A stretch of 33,287 nucleotides of DNA from a virus (lineage: Duplodnaviria; Caudoviricetes). The DNA is taken from positions 1-33,287 of the IMG/VR virus record IMGVR_UViG_3300030392_000835; one strand, given 5' to 3'. Below the pieces are notes generated by a model, which did not search any database, had not been told where the DNA came from, and saw nothing but the letters and a program-made list of their open reading frames with translations. Below, one piece after another: positions 26,513-33,287 of this stretch. Positions within the stretch are counted from its first letter, which is position 1; each line of letters begins with the position of its first letter. The position numbers were made by a program, and so were the translations under genes.

Positions 26513-27852
26513 TCGACTTCCTCCTCGGCGGTCACCATATGTAATGTTTCTTTATCTGCCCCGACCTTGAGCGGATAAACTAACTCCCCGTCCTTCTTAA
26601 ATGAAAAGTTTTCTGCTGATGTAATAATAGTATTCTCTGTGATAGAATCAACATCCTTTATCCTGCCGACGCTTATGGCCAGAATTGTTGCGGTCAATGA
26701 GCCCTTGGCTTTGACCAGTTCGTAACAAATCTCTCCTATGCCCATCTTTCTCATGTATTCATCAGAGGCTTCACCAACGGAAAGGGATTCAAACCCTACC
26801 CTTACAAGCCTATCATCATAGTCATCTATCTCATAATCAAAGAACTTCTCTGTATCAAATTCTATCCGGTATCCTCTTGGGCTTTTAATTCCTGAGTCGT
26901 TGGCCTTGCGGTGATATAAAAACACCTCGATATTGCCTTCATCATCCTCCTGGACTTTCTTCAGTTCGTATACCTGCCTTGCCCGTGCGTATTTAAATAC
27001 GGAGCCATGAATCTGCCAGTTACCTGTTGTTTCCCCTGCCCTGTTCGCATGGTCTATGCTTACCCATGTAATACCCAGTACGTTCCCGGCAGCAAAGTAG
27101 TCCTCTACCACATCCTGTAGTGCGCCATTGCCTCCGAGGGCTGCTCCTACACTGTCAACCACCATGAACGTAACTCCATGCTTTAATACTATTTCTGAAA
27201 TAGTTTCTATGCTATCGGAAAGACTGCCAGACATTTTCTTGTATATGATTCCTGATGTGCTTGCGAGGTTAAGGCCCTCGTGTACCGCTTTAAGGCGTTG
27301 TCTAAACACATCCTCATTTTCCTCCCAGTCAAGGTATAGAGCGACTCCCTTCCGGGCTCTCATGCCCATTACTGCAAGACCCTTATCTACCATGACACAC
27401 GACAGTAGCCCAAAGTAAGACTTGGCACTGCCACCTGGTGCCCACATTAGGTTGGCTACCCCTGCAATAAACATGGGCCTTATCGAATATATCCTTGGCT
27501 TTATCTCGTCGAGGTTATCCATGACTACGGCGGGTTCTCCCTCACGGTAACTATCGATGATTGCGTTCTTGGCATCATCTATGAGGCTACCCCAGAAAAA
27601 GGACGGGTAGTCTTTTGTTTTATCCTGGAGGGTATCTATTAACCTGTTCACTTCCATATCATCAAGCAGGTCAGGGTGGCTGCGGTTGATACGCACCATG
27701 TTACCCCTGGCCCCGTTTGAGGGAAGCTGGGCAAACACCTGTAGTTCTGCCTTGAACATCCCGTTACGGTCCTTAATATATGATGCTCTGAACTCGGTGT
27801 TATCCTCAGGAAAGTTTACAATAACCAGTGTACCTTTCTTAGTCACTTCCAT
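26497..27852 (-). CDS. AAA_25/RepA-like (RecA-fold) replicative helicase
   Basis: Walker A WAPGGSAKS, ALYLDWEE, Walker B MVVDSV, IDHANR, IHGSVFK. Start at MEVTKK (27852) with SD GGAGGAG. Confidence 0.75.
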   Translation of the reverse strand: MEVTKKGTLVIVNFPEDNTEFRASYIKDRNGMFKAELQVFAQLPSNGARGNMVRINRSHPDLLDDMEVNRLIDTLQDKTKDYPSFFWGSLIDDAKNAIIDSYREGEPAVVMDNLDEIKPRIYSIRPMFIAGVANLMWAPGGSAKSYFGLLSCVMVDKGLAVMGMRARKGVALYLDWEENEDVFRQRLKAVHEGLNLASTSGIIYKKMSGSLSDSIETISEIVLKHGVTFMVVDSVGAALGGNGALQDVVEDYFAAGNVLGITWVSIDHANRAGETTGNWQIHGSVFKYARARQVYELKKVQEDDEGNIEVFLYHRKANDSGIKSPRGYRIEFDTEKFFDYEIDDYDDRLVRVGFESLSVGEASDEYMRKMGIGEICYELVKAKGSLTATILAISVGRIKDVDSITENTIITSAENFSFKKDGELVYPLKVGADKETLHMVTAEEEVEWTTG

Positions 27853-28111
27853 AGTTGTATCTCCTCCCCCTTGTACCCCTGGTATCACTGGTACTTGTAA
27901 TTTGTCTTATCTGTGCTTTTAATTCTTTTGTTTCTTTAAACAATTCTTCTATTGTATCTTGCATCTCTGTTACATTATTGTAACTATGTACTGGTTTAAC
28001 AGGTTCTTTTTCTGGTTCCTGATACCACATAGCTGAACAGTAACTTTTAGATACAGGCATATCCCACTTACAAGTTTGTAACTGGATACATGTACTGTCA
28101 TCGCAATTCAT
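27839..28111 (-). CDS. Hypothetical 90-aa protein (N-terminal Cys cluster, coiled coil)
   Basis: Start placed at MNCDDSTC (28111) because of SD GGAGG at 28120-28116; the upstream part of the listed ORF is structured intergenic sequence. Confidence 0.65.
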   Translation of the reverse strand: MNCDDSTCIQLQTCKWDMPVSKSYCSAMWYQEPEKEPVKPVHSYNNVTEMQDTIEELFKETKELKAQIRQITSTSDTRGTRGRRYNYGSD

Positions 28112-28123
28112 AAATCCTCCTAA

Positions 28124-28155
28124 CTGAGCAGTTTTAACGACGTACTCAGGTCGTT
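28124..28155 (-). promoter_or_regulatory. Compact H-type RNA pseudoknot just upstream of an SD
   Basis: Minus strand AACGAC-CUGAGUA-C-GUCGUU-AAAAC-UGCUCAG: 6-bp P1 and 7-bp P2 (one G-U). Confidence 0.6.
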
Positions 28156-28274
28156 GTTTGAACCGTACCCGCTGGAACATCAGCCACCAAGTTGGCGGGA
28201 TTATCAGGTTACACAAGTGGATGATGTCAACAATAAAACACATCCTTGTATGCCAGAGGTGACTGGCAGGTGGC

Positions 28275-29096
28275 TTAACCCCTAACGGCTCTCGGTTTAC
28301 GTACCCACTTGTCACGGGAACTCATCCACTGCCTCAACTTACAGGCATGGGTGAATGCTGCCTGGTGTTTCATAATATCTGCCACTTCTTTTATTTCTGG
28401 CAGTTCCCCTTCTTCTTTTGGCAACCGTATAACAATTGCCCTGGTTTGTTCTATCTGTTCATAAGAAAAGAACTGATAGCTATTGTTACAGTATGCCAGT
28501 GCCATAGAATAGGCACCCATCTGTAAGGCTGCCTCTCGGTATATATGTGCCCCGGTTTTGTAATCAACAATTACCGGATAGCCGTCACTGTCAACCGCTA
28601 TCAGGTCAGCCGTTCCTGCAAATGCGATATTGTTATGGTAATACATTGCCACTTCCGTATCTATTATCCTTAAACCGGATTCGGCCATCCACTTATTCCA
28701 TGCGGTTACCACCGGAAGAAACTTGTCGGGTATCGCAATCTCAGAATCTATACATAGATACTGGAGAAGGGCATGTGCCTCAGTCCCGTAGTTGGCTGCA
28801 GTGTCACGCTTTTTCCTGTGCGCATTCGGTGCATTTTCTAGGATGTTATCAAGTAGCAATGACCCTACCACAGGGTGACCGCTGGTCTGTTCCTTTATGT
28901 ACGCCAGGGCCTGGTCCATAGCCCATGTTCTCAACGCAGGTTTATCTATTACGTTCAATATACTGGTAACCCTTGGCAATACCTTGTCGGGTTCAATCCG
29001 TTCATCACCAGTGACGTTGTACCCTTTGTCATCTTTGCTTAATGACACCTTTACATTTTCTTTCCACAGTGCTAGTCGTTCTTGTGTTAAGTCCAC
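28275..29096 (-). CDS. PD-(D/E)XK nuclease (phage exonuclease / Cas4-like fold without Fe-S cysteines)
   Basis: PRVTSIL, GTEAH, IDTEVAMY, AGTADLI, IVDYKTG, LQMGAYS. Confidence 0.85.
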   Translation of the reverse strand: MDLTQERLALWKENVKVSLSKDDKGYNVTGDERIEPDKVLPRVTSILNVIDKPALRTWAMDQALAYIKEQTSGHPVVGSLLLDNILENAPNAHRKKRDTAANYGTEAHALLQYLCIDSEIAIPDKFLPVVTAWNKWMAESGLRIIDTEVAMYYHNNIAFAGTADLIAVDSDGYPVIVDYKTGAHIYREAALQMGAYSMALAYCNNSYQFFSYEQIEQTRAIVIRLPKEEGELPEIKEVADIMKHQAAFTHACKLRQWMSSRDKWVRKPRAVRG

Positions 29097-29098
29097 TA

Positions 29099-29455
29099 CT
29101 ATATGTTCTCCTCTGAATCCTTTATTAACATCTCTATATTACTAATACCGTTGTCAATAATTTCTGATACCAGGGTATTGTCGTTATCGAAATCATCAGG
29201 GGTTGTCCGGGTATCTACCGAACCAGCTTCCGCAAATGCCTTTTTGAGGATTTCGGACTTTGCGAACTCTGGAATGAGGTCATTGGGTTCGTGTAGTATC
29301 AGTCCAATGGGAGCGGTGTCTACCATTAGGGCAAGGGAATATTGCCCAATCGAGTTAGACGCTATCATAACATTAATTTTATCAGGGTTACGTCGTACCA
29401 TTTCTGCTTTCTCGTATGCCTTTTGAGCATGGGATTTATCTGACATATTTATCAC
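29099..29455 (-). CDS. Hypothetical protein
   Basis: 118 aa, SD AAGGAG, overlaps the upstream stop. Confidence 0.65.
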   Translation of the reverse strand: MINMSDKSHAQKAYEKAEMVRRNPDKINVMIASNSIGQYSLALMVDTAPIGLILHEPNDLIPEFAKSEILKKAFAEAGSVDTRTTPDDFDNDNTLVSEIIDNGISNIEMLIKDSEENI

Positions 29456-29670
29456 TCCTTTTCAGTGCCTTTTCTATCTTCTTGTGTAAACTCTAACGAT
29501 ACATTGGTTATTTTTATTAACTCACCATCGAATGCGAGTAGGGCATGCAGGTGAGAGGTTCCCTCCATAGTCAACATAATCCGTACAGCATCCTCGTTGC
29601 TGTCTGCAACGAACTGGACGGTGCCAGTCATAACGGCCTCTGAAGAGAACTCTTGTTTCTGATTCAACAT
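29452..29670 (-). CDS. Hypothetical protein (72 aa)
   Basis: Start placed at MLNQKQ (29670), just after the stop of the 29675 gene, with GAGG upstream. Confidence 0.6.
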   Translation of the reverse strand: MLNQKQEFSSEAVMTGTVQFVADSNEDAVRIMLTMEGTSHLHALLAFDGELIKITNVSLEFTQEDRKGTEKE

Positions 29671-29674
29671 TACC

Positions 29675-30052
29675 TCAGTTCCTCGGTCTAAATGTTTCTG
29701 GGACTGTTCCATCCTCCAGCCGTGTTGCGTGGGCTTTTCTGGCTCCCTCGGTCTTGGATTGGCTGATGATGGTATTACGGCTCCGATTGATTGCCTCAAT
29801 AACTTTATGTGGCAGGACAATACGGTGTCCCTTATTATCAAGGTCCACCCATTGAACGACCAGATTCCATCTGCCATCAAGTCGCTCCATATGTCCATTG
29901 TAAGTAACGGTCTGCGTTAGGTCGCCTGTATTTGTCCAGTCTTTTACTGGTCTGCCATCGTTTCCCGTGACATTCTTGCCACTGGGTTCTCTGACGTCTA
30001 CGTTAAACCGAGTCGTAAAGTGGTCTCCACTTAAACGGGTCTGTCTACGCAT
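29675..30052 (-). CDS. Hypothetical basic protein
   Basis: Start at MRRQT (30052) with SD AAGGAGG. Confidence 0.65.
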   Translation of the reverse strand: MRRQTRLSGDHFTTRFNVDVREPSGKNVTGNDGRPVKDWTNTGDLTQTVTYNGHMERLDGRWNLVVQWVDLDNKGHRIVLPHKVIEAINRSRNTIISQSKTEGARKAHATRLEDGTVPETFRPRN

Positions 30053-30108
30053 GGTATCCTCCTTCATTTTTTTTAATAAAAGCGGGCTTCTTTTACTCCT
30101 AACCCTTC

Positions 30109-30441
30109 CTATATAAGTCTTAACTGTTCTTCCCTGATATGCCCTGGCTCTTCTATATCCCAGAGATTAGCTACCAGTGCAAGCTGCAGGTTGTACCCAC
30201 GTTGGAGGGGGAATGCTTTTTCTTTGAACTTACTCATTGAAACAGTGAACACGTTACCGGTATCCCCTGCTTCAATGCGTATTGATTTAGCACCATGCTG
30301 CATGGCTGTAGTAATAATAGATTTATCAAACGCCCATGCCCTGGGACTACGTAGCATGTGCTTTAGTTCTCTTGCGTTCTTGACGAGGGTGCCGTCAACC
30401 AGTCTGGCAACGACAACCCCGTCATCTGTCCTCAGTAACAC
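30109..30441 (-). CDS. Hypothetical protein
   Basis: 110 aa (KHMLRSPRAWAFDKSII...QRGYNLQLAL); abuts the upstream stop. Confidence 0.65.
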   Translation of the reverse strand: MLLRTDDGVVVARLVDGTLVKNARELKHMLRSPRAWAFDKSIITTAMQHGAKSIRIEAGDTGNVFTVSMSKFKEKAFPLQRGYNLQLALVANLWDIEEPGHIREEQLRLI

Positions 30442-31128
30442 CTATATCTCTGCGTCTAAGAGAGGGTCGGGCTTAGTGTCGGGCTCCTCAAAGGTAGGCA
30501 TCTCACCAGTAGTAACATAGTCCAGAAGTTTCTGGGATAATGTCACTGTCATCAACGCTGCTTCCTTTAGTTCACCATTAAGTTTTCCTTGATACAGTCC
30601 CTCCATTACTTCGGGGTGCCGGGATGAGTTATTCCACTCAACCAGAGGGGCGATAAGGATAGAGGCATAGTGCAACGTTGACTGCCTCATAATCCGCATC
30701 TGATTCTCGTCTACCAAGGGAGCCTGTACATTATCAGACACGGGCCTCAAGGGAACAGGAGCCACGGGAGTAGGTGCTGCTGCGGTTGGTGGAGGTGTGT
30801 TTGGTGGGGGTGCAACATTGCCACTGGTTTCCCACTGGATAATTTTCCATCGGAACATCCAGTCACGCTCCCCTGAAAACGGTGCGTTAGTTGTAGAGTC
30901 CTTTTTTACCTGGCCTCGTTCCACCAGTACATTATACGTGCCTACGTTTAACGTAGCAGGGCATTGTTCTTTGTATACCCAGACCTTGTCGCCCCAAGTG
31001 TTATTCGCAGGGGTCCACTCAAACCGCAGGCTCAACTCAAACTGAGGATTACCGTCACGGTCCTGGGTACTGGCAATTTTTTCTATATTAATAGATGTCC
31101 ATATCTGATTGATTTCTTGTTCTTGCAT
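30442..31128 (-). CDS. Putative single-stranded DNA-binding protein
   Basis: Aromatic beta-rich N-domain (OB-like), Pro-rich linker, IMRQSTLHYA helix and acidic C-terminal tail, within the replication arm. Confidence 0.45.
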   Translation of the reverse strand: MQEQEINQIWTSINIEKIASTQDRDGNPQFELSLRFEWTPANNTWGDKVWVYKEQCPATLNVGTYNVLVERGQVKKDSTTNAPFSGERDWMFRWKIIQWETSGNVAPPPNTPPPTAAAPTPVAPVPLRPVSDNVQAPLVDENQMRIMRQSTLHYASILIAPLVEWNNSSRHPEVMEGLYQGKLNGELKEAALMTVTLSQKLLDYVTTGEMPTFEEPDTKPDPLLDAEI

Positions 31129-31392
31129 TTACAATTTCTCCTGGCCAGTAACAACGGCCTCCATTTCTTCTCTTATATCTTTTTCGTAGAAGTATAATCC
31201 CCGCTCAATATTTTTAGCTTTAATACCTATGGTTCCTCCCTTACCCACAGCCCCACCGTTACGTACATAGCGTATGTTTCTACGCAGGGATTCCGGATGC
31301 AATTCCAGTACCCTCGCAGCCTGCACTAAGTCGTAAAGCGGAGTCTTATGTTTACACTTTTCACACTCAATTTCTAATGATGGCTCAGACAA
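31129..31392 (-). CDS. Small HTH DNA-binding protein (MerR/excisionase-like) with N-terminal CxxC
   Basis: CEKC, then LYDLVQAARVLELHPESLRRNIR...LYFYEKDI; TTG start with SD AAGGAGG. Confidence 0.65.
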   Translation of the reverse strand: MSEPSLEIECEKCKHKTPLYDLVQAARVLELHPESLRRNIRYVRNGGAVGKGGTIGIKAKNIERGLYFYEKDIREEMEAVVTGQEKL

Positions 31393-31411
31393 AATTCAAA
31401 CCTCCTTATGG

Positions 31412-32278
31412 TTATTTATCTAAGTTGCTTCTAACTATTTTCCGTCGTCGTTCAATTTCAAGTTGAAGTTGTTCAATCTTTTTTAGTTCAGTCTCAACAT
31501 CGCCGATACCGTCAAGCCACTTTTGTGCTTGTTGATGCCATTCAAACAGGCCGTCAATTGTTGTAAACATCTTGGTTAACTTATCGTCGAACTGTGTGAG
31601 TAACTCTTTAAATGATTGAGTCTTCCTCTCAGTGTAGTGAATGAAGTCCTCTCCCCGGTCTTTTGTCACACTTGGTTCACGTATGACCGTGCCGTTTATA
31701 GCTTCTATCGGGGATTCGCCTAACACAGCATCACTGCCTTGGATGGGAATGGAGTTCTGCCTAGCTTCAAGGAAGTTCTGCCTAGATTCAAGCATGGTGT
31801 TTGAAGTCACTACCGACGATGGAGAGGAACTGTTTTGGGTAACTTTAACGGGAGTATTTTTGTTGATATTGTTAATTGTATTTGCGGTGTGGGTCACTGA
31901 GTCTTGAGCTATTTGCTGTACACTTCTCGGACTTACTGACTTTGTACACCCATTACAGCCACTTCTGTGACTGGGATATTTGATATTGAGAACACCAATA
32001 CCACAGTGGGCCACCCTCCATTCACCTGGCTTGAGCGGAACTGGATTTTTATTTACTAAAAACTGTCGCTCTGACAATACCTCGGTGTCTATACGATAGG
32101 ATATCTTGTTTTCAATTTGTTGACGCTGCTCTCTCGATGATTCTGTTGGTATTACCCACTCGGCCATCGTGGTTTTTTGGTCAACGACAACTACGTGAGT
32201 TGCCCCCAGTTTTAAAGCTAACGCACTACGTAGTTCCTTTGCGTGACTAGGGTTGTAGCTTTTAAATTTTTTCCACAT
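31412..32278 (-). CDS. Hypothetical protein with Cys/His cluster and C-terminal coiled coil
   Basis: 288 aa, SD AAGGAGG; HCG...HRSGCNGC; heptad C-terminus. Confidence 0.7.
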   Translation of the reverse strand: MWKKFKSYNPSHAKELRSALALKLGATHVVVVDQKTTMAEWVIPTESSREQRQQIENKISYRIDTEVLSERQFLVNKNPVPLKPGEWRVAHCGIGVLNIKYPSHRSGCNGCTKSVSPRSVQQIAQDSVTHTANTINNINKNTPVKVTQNSSSPSSVVTSNTMLESRQNFLEARQNSIPIQGSDAVLGESPIEAINGTVIREPSVTKDRGEDFIHYTERKTQSFKELLTQFDDKLTKMFTTIDGLFEWHQQAQKWLDGIGDVETELKKIEQLQLEIERRRKIVRSNLDK

Positions 32279-32357
32279 GGAAAATTAAACCTCCTTTGCA
32301 GGCACCTCCCAGTACCTAATATCGTGGTTACAGATTACAACAACAACAGTCTATATG

Positions 32358-32639
32358 TCAACCATGACCACCTCCGTTGTTGCTATCTTTTTTTCTCCTT
32401 GCGTGTCGCTGTCGCTCTGTGTTTCTCCAGTTTTCAAGTTGTTCCTGTTCAAATAATTTAACCGCTTCAATGATTGTATCTTCTACTTCTTTCAATGCGT
32501 CTAGCCTGTCACATACCGAGTGATACCTTGGATTCCAGTGTGACAGTTTTTCTTTCTCATTCTTCAAACTTATAATCTTCTGGTCCACCCACTCTTGTAC
32601 GTGATAGATTTGTCTATAAGAATTAGGTTTAAATGTCAC
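32358..32639 (-). CDS. Hypothetical helical protein
   Basis: 93 aa, GTG start, SD GGAGGT. Confidence 0.65.
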   Translation of the reverse strand: MTFKPNSYRQIYHVQEWVDQKIISLKNEKEKLSHWNPRYHSVCDRLDALKEVEDTIIEAVKLFEQEQLENWRNTERQRHARRKKDSNNGGGHG

Positions 32640-32641
32640 AG

Positions 32642-33001
32642 TTACCTCCCGTCGAATTGTGATAACTTGAAGTTAGTGCCGAACTCTTTATTGATATCTG
32701 CAAGAAACTCCAGGGCCCGTTCTTCCCCTACAACCTGGGGTGCTGTGACTTCTCCATAGTTATCCTCATCCCAACAGTATGGAATGTCGCCATCCTTGAA
32801 ATTCTGAAAGTTATCTAAAAGTGCTGCTGCTGGTGGATGCACGGCAGGCGCACTGTACAGCACTCCGTCCTTGACCTCGTAGCATGCACCGTACTTCTTA
32901 AAGTATGTCATTCTGTGGCTGCCAGTAACTGACGGCAACGTGGCCTCCATTAGCTCATCCCTCTCTCTATCTATTATTTTATCGTTACCCTCGTGACTCA
33001 T
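32642..33001 (-). CDS. Hypothetical protein
   Basis: 119 aa, SD GAGGT. Confidence 0.65.
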   Translation of the reverse strand: MSHEGNDKIIDRERDELMEATLPSVTGSHRMTYFKKYGACYEVKDGVLYSAPAVHPPAAALLDNFQNFKDGDIPYCWDEDNYGEVTAPQVVGEERALEFLADINKEFGTNFKLSQFDGR

Positions 33002-33176
33002 TACCTACCTCTCTCTTATCATCTTTTTTGTTTACAGTTGCTACTTCACAGTCACATTCTTCACACCAGACATCATCAAAGACACTCCCGATTTCTTCTC
33101 TAGTGTTGTACCAGACAAAGATTGCCTCTCTAATCTGGTCACTTCCACATTCCTGACAAACATAAATATCTTCCAC
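32985..33176 (-). CDS. Small zinc-ribbon protein
   Basis: CQECGS...WCEEC; GTG start abutting the upstream stop. Confidence 0.65.
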   Translation of the reverse strand: MEDIYVCQECGSDQIREAIFVWYNTREEIGSVFDDVWCEECDCEVATVNKKDDKREVGNESRG

Positions 33177-33287
33177 CTATTTGCCTCTCTTTTCTTTGCT
33201 TAATACTTCCAACGTCACATCGGTACTAACATCACCTCTACATCCATACATAATTTCTACGCCCTTTGCTTCCCAAGTCTCAAAGTC
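33177..33287 (-). CDS. Partial CDS running off the window end
   Basis: Open frame ...DFETWEAKGVEIMYGCRGDVSTDVTLEVLSKEKRGK*, stop TAG at 33179-33177. Confidence 0.5.
   Translation of the reverse strand, partial: DFETWEAKGVEIMYGCRGDVSTDVTLEVLSKEKRGK

Larger units (their letters stand above)
1..33287. mobile_element. Tailed bacteriophage genome segment (podovirus-like Caudoviricetes), probably most of the genome
   Basis: Gene order TerS-TerL-portal-internal proteins-scaffold-capsid-adaptor-nozzle-fibre on +, converging on a - strand replication arm. No tape measure, sheath or tube gene recognised, and no host housekeeping genes. Confidence 0.93.

Noticed and set aside
1270-27852. Alternative genetic code explaining the odd catalytic residues
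   Set aside because: The substitutions involve different codons (TGT, AAA, AAT, GCC), all three stop codons end genes normally, and the ORFs tile the genome in the standard code.
28112-28315. N-terminal extension of ORF 27839..28315 (likewise 29452..29898 and 26497..27888)
   Set aside because: Internal ATGs with SDs (28111, 29670, 27852) fit better; the extensions overlap other genes or structured intergenic DNA.
28275-29096. Cas4 as part of a CRISPR system
   Set aside because: No four-Cys Fe-S motif, no array and no other cas genes; an ordinary phage PD-(D/E)XK nuclease.
11054-32316. 14-nt inverted match GGTACTGGGAGGTG (11054-11067 vs 32316-32303)
   Set aside because: Several 14-nt matches are expected by chance in 33 kb over both strands.
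25731-32461. Plus-strand ORFs within the minus-strand arm
   Set aside because: Antisense shadows of motif-bearing genes (helicase, nuclease and others).
1-33287. tRNA, integrase/att site, tape-measure gene, RNA or DNA polymerase
   Set aside because: No cloverleaf or T-loop signature and no recombinase or polymerase motifs recognised by eye. The giant ORF looks LPD38/ejection-like rather than tape-measure-like. Such genes could lie outside the window.

Overview
The window is most of a tailed-phage genome with podovirus-like organisation. No host genes, integrase, polymerase, tRNA or CRISPR array were recognised. The + strand (669-25044) carries the late arm: TerS, TerL, portal, three probable internal/ejection proteins (including a 1993-aa LPD38-like protein), scaffold, major capsid protein, decoration/adaptor/nozzle proteins, tail fibre, a LamG protein, a metallothionein-like peptide and a cluster of membrane proteins with no recognisable endolysin. 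The - strand (25034-33287) carries replication, recombination and early genes: RusA-like resolvase, AAA_25-like helicase, PD-(D/E)XK nuclease, putative SSB, an HTH protein and small Cys-rich ORFs. A CxHHW zinc-ribbon ORF and the missing peptidoglycan hydrolase point, by inference, to a Dehalococcoidia/SAR202-like (Chloroflexota) host. The most notable signals are an endolysin-free membrane cassette in the lysis position, three intergenic structured-RNA candidates with pseudoknots (367-600; 14756-14842, with pistol-ribozyme-like topology; 28124-28155), an exact in-frame 25-nt hairpin repeat shared by two different genes, a repeat-flanked in-frame cassette in the giant protein, and a TerL with non-canonical catalytic motifs. 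All family calls come from reading motifs and synteny by eye; no database search was run.
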